The notes beneath the pieces are model-generated. The model saw only the letters and a list, made by a program, of their open reading frames with translations, searched no databases and was not told the origin of the DNA. From positions 34,345 through 98,344 of the IMG/VR virus record IMGVR_UViG_3300031998_000040: DNA of 64,000 nt; one strand, given 5' to 3'. Origin of the DNA: a virus (Duplodnaviria > Caudoviricetes). The position numbers were made by a program, and so were the translations under genes. Below, piece by piece: positions 55,577-64,000 of this stretch; the first letter of the stretch is position 1; every line of letters starts with the position of its first letter.

Positions 55577-55960
55577 TTACTCCGATAGTGGCTGTGGAAG
55601 CATCTGTTTTATTGCATCTTCATAGGCACCTGTGAAAGCTTTCCAGAAGATATGCGAGCTCCATGCTTTTCCCCAGCTATATCCCATGTCTCTCAAAACA
55701 TCCGCATGTAAGTTGGCGGCGTTTCTCCCAACACCTTCAGCCATAAGCAGCTTCACATACCGCTTTCTGCTGTGGCAACGTGGCAGTTTGACCGTCCCGA
55801 CGATTTCAACATCCGCAAAGCTTGTGATATATTCCAGCGTCCCCTTTTCTTCTGTACCGTCACACTGAAACGTAACGTCCTCCAACTTTCCGATGCGTTG
55901 AAACTCCCCATTGTCGCTGAGAAAGTACAGGATAGCCGGTCTTTCTTCTCCAGGTCCCAT
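55577..55960 (-). CDS. Hypothetical protein
   Basis: TGATG coupling with dUTPase gene. Confidence 0.65.
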   Translation of the reverse strand: MGPGEERPAILYFLSDNGEFQRIGKLEDVTFQCDGTEEKGTLEYITSFADVEIVGTVKLPRCHSRKRYVKLLMAEGVGRNAANLHADVLRDMGYSWGKAWSSHIFWKAFTGAYEDAIKQMLPQPLSE

Positions 55961-56379
55961 CAGCGCCCGGTACTCCCCATCCTGCCGTCTCCACGCTCGG
56001 TGTCGTCCAGTTCCGCAACGACTTCCAGCTCTACCTTCGGGATCGGCAGGATAACGATTTGGCTGATCTTGTCCCCGGCCTTGAACATGTAGTCCCGTCC
56101 GGTGTCCTCGCTGTAGAGCTTCACGATGATGGGGCCGTTATAGCCTGCGTCCACCAAGCCCGTGCTCGTCAGGCTGTGCTTCACGTTGAGGCCGCTCTTG
56201 CTCACCAGCAGGCCGCAGTACCCCTCCGGGACCGCCATGTGTACGCCGGTGTCGTGGACGGCATGGCCCCCGGCGGGAACGACGAAATCTTCCTTGGCGC
56301 ACAGGTCCCACCCCGCGTCTGCGTCATGGCCGTGCTTTGGGAGGAATGATCCCGGATCAAGTTTTACTTTCACGATCAT
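55960..56379 (-). CDS. dut: dUTPase (trimeric)
   Basis: DAGWDL, SKSGL, GLVDAGYNG, KISQ, RGDGRMGSTG. Confidence 0.93.
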   Translation of the reverse strand: MIVKVKLDPGSFLPKHGHDADAGWDLCAKEDFVVPAGGHAVHDTGVHMAVPEGYCGLLVSKSGLNVKHSLTSTGLVDAGYNGPIIVKLYSEDTGRDYMFKAGDKISQIVILPIPKVELEVVAELDDTERGDGRMGSTGR

Positions 56380-56746
56380 TGTTCTTTTCCCCTTTCTTCT
56401 TTCCGTAGTCTTCCCGCAGCGTCGCGTCCCCAAAGAACTCCGCCGCCACGCAGCGAATGAACTCCTGATGCCACCTCTGTGCTGTCCGTTCTGACAGATG
56501 GAGCTTTAGCGCCGCTCCGGTCAGCGTGTGGCTCTGCCGCCAGAAAACCAGTTCAACCATCTCAATCCTTGTTTTTCCGCTGCTTGAGCGCAGGGTTTCG
56601 TCAACGGCGCGACGGACAGCTTCCGTCTCCCTCCGTTCGAGGTCAGAGGCCGGTTCCCGCCCGCTTCCGTATTTTCGGACGATGTACTTCATGTAACCCC
56701 ACCAGCCCCGGTTTCGGGCGTGTCTGTTGTAGCCCAAGTCAATCAC
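56357..56746 (-). CDS. RinA/ArpU-like late transcriptional activator
   Basis: C-terminal HTH TLTGAALKLHLSERTAQRW; lies upstream of packaging genes. Confidence 0.65.
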   Translation of the reverse strand: MIDLGYNRHARNRGWWGYMKYIVRKYGSGREPASDLERRETEAVRRAVDETLRSSSGKTRIEMVELVFWRQSHTLTGAALKLHLSERTAQRWHQEFIRCVAAEFFGDATLREDYGKKKGEKNNDRESKT

Positions 56747-56770
56747 CCCCTCCGCGCTCCCGGCCGGTCT

Positions 56771-57640
56771 TCATGCAGTTTCTCCGTCCATCAGCTTTTG
56801 CATCAGTTCCTTGGCCCTCTGCCGCTTTTCGTCAGCCTGCGCTTCCCTCCGGTTTCTAGCCGGAAACGTCATCACGAGGCACATTTCCAAGACTCGGCTG
56901 TAGATTCGAGCGTAGTCCGTTCCGACGGGTTTCTCCAAATCGGTCTTGCTGAGGTTGGTTGTGATGATGATAGGCTTCCCGCTTTTGTACCGCTCGTCCA
57001 GGAAGTAATACACGGTTTCCAGCGCGTAGTCGCTCTGCCTTTCGGTTCCGAGGTCGTCAATGATAACGAGGTCGAATTCCTGCGCTTCCCGTACCAGATC
57101 GTTCTTCTCATACCCGGCATTGAGGATGCGTGGGAAAGAGGTCATCAGCACGGGGATTCCCTTGTCGATCAGTGCGTTTGCGATGCAGGCGGCGGCAAAG
57201 GTCTTTCCGCTTCCGACGGTCCCGCAGAAAATCATGCCGATGTTTTCCGACTTGAATTTCTCGAAGTTGTCAGCGTAGTATTTGCACCGCTCCATCTGCG
57301 GATTCATTTCAGCCTCATCGAATGTCTTTCCACGAAGACCTTCGTCCTGTATGCCGTTCACGCGGAGCTGGCGGACGCGCTCTCTCCGCTGCCGTTCCTT
57401 GAATTCCGCCTGTTTTCTCTCCCATTCGTCCATCGCGCAGGCGCAGGCGCACGGAACGGTTTTCAGCATACCGAACAGTTCGATTTTGGCTTCCTTCGGT
57501 TTCCTGCATACCCCGCAGCACAGCATACCTTCTTCGTCACGGAAGTCTCCGTGTTCTGCGTCCTCTACCGCCGGAACATCGGCCATTGCGTCCAGCGATT
57601 CTTTTGCGATGTCTCCGAAGCTCGTAAGCATTTTTCTCAC
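56771..57640 (-). CDS. DnaC/IstB-like AAA+ helicase loader
   Basis: GTVGSGKT, IIDDLG.ER, ITTN, RIYSR. Confidence 0.9.
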   Translation of the reverse strand: MRKMLTSFGDIAKESLDAMADVPAVEDAEHGDFRDEEGMLCCGVCRKPKEAKIELFGMLKTVPCACACAMDEWERKQAEFKERQRRERVRQLRVNGIQDEGLRGKTFDEAEMNPQMERCKYYADNFEKFKSENIGMIFCGTVGSGKTFAAACIANALIDKGIPVLMTSFPRILNAGYEKNDLVREAQEFDLVIIDDLGTERQSDYALETVYYFLDERYKSGKPIIITTNLSKTDLEKPVGTDYARIYSRVLEMCLVMTFPARNRREAQADEKRQRAKELMQKLMDGETA

Positions 57641-57645
57641 CCCAC

Positions 57646-58482
57646 CTAGAACGGCAGCGTTTCCGCATCGTCTTTGTAGTCATACTTCCACGGTTTGTTG
57701 GAGGCGCTTGCGTTCCTTCCCCCGCCGTTCTTCCCAATCCTGTCAAAGACGATTCCGGCATAGTTGCTGGACATGCTCTGCTGTATCGCAGAGATAACGG
57801 CGTCCTCTCCGTATTTTTCAGCGTTGGTCTTGATTTGCGTCACAAGGCTTTTGAGTCCCTGTGGCTTATATGCCTGCCGCTTCTGCCGCTTATAGGTCAG
57901 CCAATCCCGAAGCGCGTCCTGCATTTTCCCGGCGAACTGATTCAATGCTTCCTGCTCCGCCGCCTTGTTTTCCTCACGCGCGTGTGCGCGTGCGTTCTCT
58001 TCTTCAGATACAGATACAGATACAGTATCAGTAACAGTATTTTCTTTGCAGTTGATAGGGTATTGATACCCTATCAACAGGGTATCTGAGTCAACCCCGA
58101 ATTCTTTAAGTTTTTTTGCAATGAAAGCGCGGAATTCAGGGCATTTGATTGAGTGCGCCGCCGTCATTACGCCGGATAGCATCTTCTCCGAAGTAGTCCA
58201 GTTATACTTCGCCCAGTTGACGATCAGCACTTCCTTTGTCTCCCTGCTGTACTGAACTACGCCGTGCTGATGCTCCATGCGATCCAGCAGACGAGTGACG
58301 GAATCCTCGTTGTACCCGGTTTCCCGGCACATCTGCTTCATACTCACTTCGTAGCACCCGCTGATGGTCGTGTGCGGATTCGTCAGAAGGTAGAGATAGA
58401 AATACTTATCTTCCGGGGTAAAGTCATCGTCCACCTTACTGTCCGTCCAAAATGACAGGCTGATATTTCTATATACCGGCAT
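57646..58482 (-). CDS. Replication initiator (replisome organiser)
   Basis: FWTD...FTPEDKYFYLYLLTNPH; upstream of DnaC; internal repeats. Confidence 0.85.
   Translation of the reverse strand: MPVYRNISLSFWTDSKVDDDFTPEDKYFYLYLLTNPHTTISGCYEVSMKQMCRETGYNEDSVTRLLDRMEHQHGVVQYSRETKEVLIVNWAKYNWTTSEKMLSGVMTAAHSIKCPEFRAFIAKKLKEFGVDSDTLLIGYQYPINCKENTVTDTVSVSVSEEENARAHAREENKAAEQEALNQFAGKMQDALRDWLTYKRQKRQAYKPQGLKSLVTQIKTNAEKYGEDAVISAIQQSMSSNYAGIVFDRIGKNGGGRNASASNKPWKYDYKDDAETLPF
58004..58086. repeat. Probable replication origin inside initiator gene
   Basis: CAGATA x3 plus variants; perfect 13-bp inverted repeat GTTGATAGGGTAT-TG-ATACCCTATCAAC (58051-58078). Confidence 0.65.
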
Positions 58483-58488
58483 CGTTCG

Positions 58489-59061
58489 TTACCTCCGCTC
58501 AGAACATTCGCTTGGAACCACAAGATAGCGATTCCCACATTTATCTGTTGCATGAGACTGTCCGCGTTTTATGACAGTGGAGATATACTGTTCATTGCGT
58601 CCGAGATACCGTCCCGCTTGAGAGTAAGAGCGAAATCCCATTTCGTAATCGTTTTCGTCAACAAGCCAGACTTCCTTTTGGAAAGAATCAAACAACCCCA
58701 TCTCAAATCCAAGACGCACGTTTTCAGATAGGCTTACCCATTCGAGGTTTTCTGGTCTGTTGTCGTGGTAATCCCCGTTGATATGATTTACCGTTTCTTT
58801 TTCCATCGGTGGACGTATCCAAGCGGAAGCAATAAGCCTTGAAACCAAATAGGTGTATGGTTTCTTATTCTTCCAAAGCGTCACTCTTTCGTCAGTTCTT
58901 TTGGGTGGTGACTGATGCTTTGGCTTCAAGACACGGACACTCCAATGTCGAGTTCCGTGGCGTACTGACTCAGTAGTTTTCCCAGGTGCAGTACGAATCC
59001 GTCCAAGATTCGACGCTTCGTAGATTCCTTCATATCCAGGAATTGGTTTCCAATCTTCCAT
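58489..59061 (-). CDS. NUMOD4-HNH endonuclease
   Basis: EDWKPIPGYEGIYEASNLGRIR; VNHINGDYHDNRPENLEW; low GC. Confidence 0.9.
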   Translation of the reverse strand: MEDWKPIPGYEGIYEASNLGRIRTAPGKTTESVRHGTRHWSVRVLKPKHQSPPKRTDERVTLWKNKKPYTYLVSRLIASAWIRPPMEKETVNHINGDYHDNRPENLEWVSLSENVRLGFEMGLFDSFQKEVWLVDENDYEMGFRSYSQAGRYLGRNEQYISTVIKRGQSHATDKCGNRYLVVPSECSERR

Positions 59062-59074
59062 GTTTTTCTCCTAC

Positions 59075-59524
59075 TCAGAACGGGAGTTCATCTTCAAGGT
59101 CGTCGTCTTCCGCTTCGTAGAACTGCGGCCCGTCCGCCGTCGGTTCCCCGGCGGCCTTTGCGGTCTGCGCCAGCGCAGTAGCCGCCTCGCCCATGTCCGG
59201 CACGACGCTGGGGCTGATGCAGAATCCAAGGTTCAGGTCCCAGTAGGTCTTCCCGTCGTATTCACGGCTCTCCATGCGTCCAACGGCCAGGATCGGGTCT
59301 CCCCGTTGAAAGTCCTTGGCGTAGCCAACCACGCCTTTGAGAAAGGATTTGCAGTCGATGTATTTCTTTTCTCCGTTCTTGTCGGCCCCGGCGCAGATGC
59401 CAAACTTGACGAAGTAGCCGCCGCTTTTGGTAGAGACGATCTGCGCGTCGCGGCTGACTTCTCCCCACACAAGCCTGTCCGTCTCGCTCAGTTTTACGAC
59501 GCCGCCCAAAGGAATGTATGCCAT
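59075..59524 (-). CDS. ssb: Single-stranded DNA-binding protein
   Basis: OB-fold pattern; acidic tail EDELPF. Confidence 0.8.
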   Translation of the reverse strand: MAYIPLGGVVKLSETDRLVWGEVSRDAQIVSTKSGGYFVKFGICAGADKNGEKKYIDCKSFLKGVVGYAKDFQRGDPILAVGRMESREYDGKTYWDLNLGFCISPSVVPDMGEAATALAQTAKAAGEPTADGPQFYEAEDDDLEDELPF

Positions 59525-59540
59525 TTTGTTTTTCCTCCCG

Positions 59541-60200
59541 TTACCAGTGCTCAGGGTATCTGGTGAAGTAATGCCCGCCGACGTGCAGGAAGATTTCCCC
59601 ATACAGCGGCGTGGTGGCGAAGAATACCACGTCCGGTTCCAGAATCGGCGTCTCTGTGATCGCCAGCCGCACCGCTTCGTACTGTGCATCTGTCGGCGTG
59701 ATGTCGCTCAGTTCCAGTGCCCCGCCGCTGGGGGCAAACTGTCCCGGTTGGTACAGCACGTCGTAGATAGTGTTCGGGAACTGGTCGCTCAGGACGCGGT
59801 TAAACACCACCTCAATTACCAGCCGCATCCCAAGCAGCCCCTCTCCGCGTGCTTCTCGCCACGCCAGACGAGCCAGAAGCTCAATATCTTCTGGGGTAAT
59901 GTCGATACCTTTCCAGCGTTCTGCGCTGTCCTGCGCGATTATGGGGCGGTCTACGACGATTTGCTTTTCCACCGTGACCGGGACTTCCACCGTCACGAGC
60001 TGGGGGACGTTGACGTATTCCGTGACGGTTTCCGTTACGGTCTTATTCACATAAACGATCTCCGGCTCCGGCGTTTCCAACGGCTCCGCCGCTTTCGCTG
60101 TCATGGGTGCATTGAGCAATTCCAAAAGGGCGAAGCACACGACGGTCATGACCGCCAGCCCAAGCAGGAAGCAAATCTTTCTCACAGCGATCTTCACCAT
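59541..60200 (-). CDS. SleB/Hydrolase_2 cell wall hydrolase with N-terminal membrane anchor
   Basis: LARLAWREARGE, V.FNRV.S..FPNTI.DV.YQPGQF, GGHYF. Confidence 0.88.
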   Translation of the reverse strand: MVKIAVRKICFLLGLAVMTVVCFALLELLNAPMTAKAAEPLETPEPEIVYVNKTVTETVTEYVNVPQLVTVEVPVTVEKQIVVDRPIIAQDSAERWKGIDITPEDIELLARLAWREARGEGLLGMRLVIEVVFNRVLSDQFPNTIYDVLYQPGQFAPSGGALELSDITPTDAQYEAVRLAITETPILEPDVVFFATTPLYGEIFLHVGGHYFTRYPEHW

Positions 60201-60664
60201 TCCATATCCCCCGCATCGTTGTCGAAATCCGAAGCTTCCACTTCGTCGGGCGGCTCCAACTCGGCCAGCTTTTCCATGACGGCGGCGGGTGCCCGCTGCG
60301 GTGTGATGAAGTCGATCTTGGCATCCTGCCCCTGAAGCTGTTCCCCGGCGTGTTTTCCCTTTGTGGGGGTATAGGAGAATTCCCGCATCCTCCCGGCCAT
60401 CATGACCCACTCGCCGCCACGGAGCGCCGCCGCCGTAACGTATGCGTCGGGGGATTCCTTCTCAATCACCACGCAGTTGATGAATGTGTGCTTCTTCCAG
60501 CGGACAGAGAAGTTGCATCGACGTGTGTTTCCCTTCTCCCGGATGCTGAGTTTCGGCGGGCCGGACACCTGCCCCCACGTCAGCATGTCGTAGTATCTGG
60601 CGTATCTCTGATCTCCGGGGTTCCCCTCGGAGCTTTCCTTATCAAGAACTTTGAACTGTCCCAT
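60194..60664 (-). CDS. Second SSB-like OB-fold protein
   Basis: WGQV..P, FINCV, GEWVMMAGRM; acidic tail. Confidence 0.55.
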   Translation of the reverse strand: MGQFKVLDKESSEGNPGDQRYARYYDMLTWGQVSGPPKLSIREKGNTRRCNFSVRWKKHTFINCVVIEKESPDAYVTAAALRGGEWVMMAGRMREFSYTPTKGKHAGEQLQGQDAKIDFITPQRAPAAVMEKLAELEPPDEVEASDFDNDAGDMEW

Positions 60665-60726
60665 TCGTTCCTCCTTGCCGTGGGGGGCGGAGATTTTCCC
60701 CGTCCCCCAACAGGCTCCACGGCTTC

Positions 60727-61788
60727 TCAGGCAAAGAAGCTGCCCAACACTTCTTCCTCGTCTTCGGGCTTGATGGTGACGGCTTCCTTCACCGGCTCAA
60801 AGGCCACGTCCTGCACCGCAGGAGCGGCGTCTTCTTTCTTCGGCCTGCCGCGCACCTTCTTCGCGGGATTTTCTTCGGCAGTCTCAGCCTGGACCGCTTC
60901 CGGTGCTTCCGCGTCTTCCGGGTTTACCTGTACGCTCTGTTCATTGATCTCGCCGGTGCTGGGGTCCACGTTCAGCACATCGAAGGAGGCGAGGGCTTCC
61001 GCGTCCTTGGCCTCCTCGTCCTCCTGAGTCAGCACGTTGTCAATGCTGGTAATAGCGCGGAGCTGGACGTAGCCGCTGTTCAGCAGGCGGCGGATGACCG
61101 TCTTCTTCATCATGGTCTCGGTAGACGAGTACCACGGGCTTTTCTTCTTCAGCCGCTCCGCTTCCTCCGGGCTGAGATCGCCGCTGATAAGCTGGCGGTA
61201 TTTGGTGCGGTCGAAGGTCTTGCTGTACTGCTCGGCGTGGTCGAGGATCGCGCCGATGCTCATGTACTCTGAGCGGAAGAAGCCGTCCCGCTTCTCCACA
61301 TAGGCGTAGTAGCCGATGATCGGGTGCTGTTCCGCTTCCTCGTCCGTGGCGTAGATGGAGAAGTCAAATTCAGGGCGTTTCGTCCGGCGGTTGCGCCCGA
61401 CGTACTCGCCCTCGCGGATCTCCACGCAGTCCATATCGGCCACGTCGCCCCCGGCCATCGCCATTGCGATCATTCCTTTGTAGCCGAGCTGGAAGGATGC
61501 CGTGCCCGCATAAGGCACGACGTAGTAGCCCATGCCAAGCATGAGACCCATGCCCTCGCCCCGGAGCGCAGCCGCCACGATGGAAGCGGGGGAACAGTTC
61601 TGGAGTTCCGTGCTGGAAGCCACGAGGGAAATCAGGCTGCCGGTCAGCCGTGCCGCGCTCTGCGCGTCCGGCGTCGCTTTCTTTATCATGCCCTGAAGGG
61701 CATCACCCTGAATGGCGACGGAAAATTTCTGCCTGCTGTCGATAGCGCCGTTTCCGTTGGGGGCCAGCGCGTTGTTGGGTCTTGCCAA
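60727..61788 (-). CDS. recT: RecT-family single-strand annealing protein
   Basis: CSPASI, YYVVPY, FQLGYKG, MMKKTVIRRL. Confidence 0.9.
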   Translation of the reverse strand: MARPNNALAPNGNGAIDSRQKFSVAIQGDALQGMIKKATPDAQSAARLTGSLISLVASSTELQNCSPASIVAAALRGEGMGLMLGMGYYVVPYAGTASFQLGYKGMIAMAMAGGDVADMDCVEIREGEYVGRNRRTKRPEFDFSIYATDEEAEQHPIIGYYAYVEKRDGFFRSEYMSIGAILDHAEQYSKTFDRTKYRQLISGDLSPEEAERLKKKSPWYSSTETMMKKTVIRRLLNSGYVQLRAITSIDNVLTQEDEEAKDAEALASFDVLNVDPSTGEINEQSVQVNPEDAEAPEAVQAETAEENPAKKVRGRPKKEDAAPAVQDVAFEPVKEAVTIKPEDEEEVLGSFFA

Positions 61789-61794
61789 GGTAAA

Positions 61795-62370
61795 TCATCC
61801 TTTCACGTTAAAGTCTTTTCTCAGCTTTTTCTGTATCTGACCGATGTGGTAGTATGCCCACATATCCGTGTGGCTGAATGCTTTTCCGATGGCGGTCTTT
61901 GTCATTCCATGCTCCAGCATTCTCACTAAAGTCACTTCCGTTTCCGTCAGGGCCTGATGTAGATATACGTCAAGCTCCGCTTCGTTCATGGCGTTGGACG
62001 CCGTGCTGTCGCCAAGCATCTCCGATAGTTCGGTATTTTCTTCGTCTCCGAAACCTTTGAACGGAGACTGATCCAAGGATGTGTCTGCCGATACGCTGCG
62101 GTTCCGTCGCCTGTGTGCAGAACGGATGGCGTTGCGGATCACGGGGACGGCGAACGTGGCGAAAACCGCTCCGCGAGTATCGTCGAATGACAGCGCCGCT
62201 TTCCAAAGGCCCATATACCCGTCCTGTATGGTGTCTTCCGTTACGTTGATAGCCATAAGGTTTGTGACATACCGAACGAGATTCATGTTATCCAGGAATA
62301 GTTTCTCTGCTTCCTCACGGCTGCGCCGGTATCCATTGGGCTTTTTTACTGGCTCGCTTTGCCCTGTCAT
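61795..62370 (-). CDS. Sigma-70-family sigma factor-like protein
   Basis: NMNLV, EDTIQDGYMGLWKAA..FD..RG..FATFA...IR, SLD. Confidence 0.8.
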   Translation of the reverse strand: MTGQSEPVKKPNGYRRSREEAEKLFLDNMNLVRYVTNLMAINVTEDTIQDGYMGLWKAALSFDDTRGAVFATFAVPVIRNAIRSAHRRRNRSVSADTSLDQSPFKGFGDEENTELSEMLGDSTASNAMNEAELDVYLHQALTETEVTLVRMLEHGMTKTAIGKAFSHTDMWAYYHIGQIQKKLRKDFNVKG

Positions 62371-62701
62371 ATTCTCTCTGCCTCTCGTTGATGGCTTCCC
62401 TGTTTTTTGCCTGATAAGCACGGCTGTAGGCAAGTGTCTGCGCTCGGTGCGTCTTCCGATATTCCCGTTTCCGCTCCAGCTCGCGCTGTTTCCGTTCCGC
62501 TTTCTTCGCGGCTTCCTCGGCACAGCAAACCGGTGTTTTCGGTTCGGTCTTCTTCGGCTCTTTTCCGGTTCGATATGCCCGATCACGGTCATTGATCTCT
62601 TTCCGTTCCTCAGCCGTCAGAGGGATCGCTTCGCACAGGCAGTCCCACAGGAAGATGCTCTCCAGTTCCTCCGGGGAATATCTGTCGTTTACGCAGGACA
62701 T
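62315..62701 (-). CDS. Basic hypothetical protein
   Basis: AGGAG RBS; Arg/Lys-rich helical C-terminus. Confidence 0.6.
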   Translation of the reverse strand: MSCVNDRYSPEELESIFLWDCLCEAIPLTAEERKEINDRDRAYRTGKEPKKTEPKTPVCCAEEAAKKAERKQRELERKREYRKTHRAQTLAYSRAYQAKNREAINERQREYDRAKRASKKAQWIPAQP

Positions 62702-62713
62702 TACAATCAACTC

Positions 62714-63157
62714 CTAGAATTTCCGCTTGGCGTATAAGGCGAGAAGACACGCCTCTGCCATGTTGTCGTCGTCCTTCTTGCTGAGTTCCGTCCGTTTCAG
62801 GTTCACGCCCGGATAAAGTCTCCGGCACACTTCGATTGACTTTGCTTTGTCCGAGGTAAGCCCAAACTCCTTTTTCCACTTCTGCGGGGTGATAGGCTGA
62901 TAGGGGACTCCGATGGCGTCCAGCATCCCCAGTAGCCAGCCGTAGGACTGTCCGAGTTTGAATAACGCGATAATCCCATTTCCCCGGATGGGCTGTACCG
63001 CTTCGATGCAGCAGATGCAGTCCTTGTATTCCGTTTTTAGCGTCCGCAGCCGCGTCATATATTCCTGCGCGTCAAAGGGGATGATCTCCGGGCCGTCCGA
63101 GCCTCCGAGAATCGCCATCGCGCCCTTGGCACCTGGGTCAATGCCTATCCAGATCAT
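62714..63157 (-). CDS. RuvC-like Holliday junction resolvase
   Basis: IGIDPG, IE, PQKWKK, DDNMAEA. Confidence 0.8.
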   Translation of the reverse strand: MIWIGIDPGAKGAMAILGGSDGPEIIPFDAQEYMTRLRTLKTEYKDCICCIEAVQPIRGNGIIALFKLGQSYGWLLGMLDAIGVPYQPITPQKWKKEFGLTSDKAKSIEVCRRLYPGVNLKRTELSKKDDDNMAEACLLALYAKRKF

Positions 63158-63351
63158 TTCTTCTTTTCCTCCCGGAATACCTTCCCGCCGAGGTAGAGCT
63201 TGTACCCGGCTTTCCGCAGTTCGTCCCGCCGTGCCCGGTCGGGGTAGCAGGACGGGTAATCGGTCTGTGCCATTACCGCCCCCTGTGCGTTCCGGACCTC
63301 AAACCGCGCCCCCTTCTCCGGCAGGGGGATTTCCTTCTTCCTTGCCGCCAT
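63154..63351 (-). CDS. Hypothetical protein
   Basis: GAGG RBS; coupled to neighbours. Confidence 0.6.
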   Translation of the reverse strand: MAARKKEIPLPEKGARFEVRNAQGAVMAQTDYPSCYPDRARRDELRKAGYKLYLGGKVFREEKKK

Positions 63352-63354
63352 CAC

Positions 63355-64000
63355 TCAGACCTCGATTTTCTCGAACCAAACGCCGATTCGGTCAAACGCT
63401 GCCCGAAGCTCTACGAGCTGACTGCGGGTAGCCCGGACGCGGAAAGCCAACGTGTAGACGTTCTCCTTCGGCACGTCGCCGTGCTGGTAGACCGTCTGCT
63501 CCTGCGCCGGAGCGGGTTCATCGTCAAGCTTGTACTTCGCCGCCTGTGCCTGCGCCGCAGCCCTGGCCGCTTCCTGCCGTGCCCTTTCCAGTTCCTCGGC
63601 TTCTTTCCTTGCCGCTTCCGCTTCCCGCCTGCAGACTTCCTCTGCTTCCCTGCGGGCCGCTTCCCGCTTCTTTGTCTCCGCCAGTTCGCCGTTCATCTTC
63701 ATGACGGCGGCGAGGTCGTGGTTCTTTGCGTAGGTGGTCAGGAGCGTCGCTTCAAATTCGCTTCCGAGACCACGGATGGCATCCACCCCATCGGCGCACA
63801 TGTCCATCGCCTGAGCAATTTCCTGCTGGGCCTGCTCCACGGTATAGGTGACGTTCCCCCACTTGGGGTTCTGCACCTGCTCGAAGGACAGATAAGGGGC
63901 AAGCGATCCGATGTTTTCATCGAAGAAAGCCCGCAGACCGGACAGCTTCTCCGCCTTGCGCTGCTCGGCGTATTTGTTGATCTGCTCGCTGAGGTTGGTT
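63355..64000 (-). CDS. DUF1351-like coiled-coil protein, 5'-truncated by window
   Basis: Frame open to window end; NPKW.N motif; position before recombination genes. Confidence 0.65.
   Translation of the reverse strand, partial: TNLSEQINKYAEQRKAEKLSGLRAFFDENIGSLAPYLSFEQVQNPKWGNVTYTVEQAQQEIAQAMDMCADGVDAIRGLGSEFEATLLTTYAKNHDLAAVMKMNGELAETKKREAARREAEEVCRREAEAARKEAEELERARQEAARAAAQAQAAKYKLDDEPAPAQEQTVYQHGDVPKENVYTLAFRVRATRSQLVELRAAFDRIGVWFEKIEV

Larger units (their letters stand above)
1..64000. mobile_element. Bacteriophage genome segment (siphovirus-like, Firmicute host)
   Basis: Terminase, portal, capsid, tail, 2004-aa tape measure, endolysin, RecT/SSB/DnaC and a recombinase in modular order; no housekeeping genes. 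Confidence 0.97.

Noticed and set aside
1-64000. CRISPR array, tRNA/rRNA genes, stop-codon reassignment
   Set aside because: No regularly spaced repeat-spacer units or cloverleafs were recognised by eye; genes are intact under the standard code.

Overview
The whole window is bacteriophage DNA; no host genes were seen. It looks like a long-tailed dsDNA phage of a GC-rich Firmicute (Clostridia-like host, inferred from the SLH-bearing endolysin and sigma-A type promoters). Layout: (i) 1-12.4 kb, + strand, about 35 small early/accessory genes including DUF932-, YodL-, DarA_C- and PemK/MazF-like proteins and a lipoprotein; (ii) 12.4-15.0 kb, a structured leader, a DUF6291 ORF, a tyrosine recombinase and an HNH-type endonuclease; (iii) 15.1-54 kb, - strand, the late operon (terminase, portal, head, tail, tape measure, fibres, lysis); (iv) 54-64 kb, - strand, replication/recombination genes. 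Main discovery: two homing-endonuclease-like genes sit inside phage genes next to the catalytic residue and appear to supply a diverged replacement of the terminus they displaced, leaving the original terminus behind. The recombinase has a new C-terminus (old one at 14924-15007); the endolysin has a new N-terminus (old one fused to the HNH). Other notable signals: a probable ACG-initiated Ig-extended isoform of the major tail protein, two promoter-proximal leaders with complementary (kissing) hairpin loops ahead of terminators, and a 16-bp motif repeated upstream of three late genes. All family assignments are from motif recognition by eye, not database searches.
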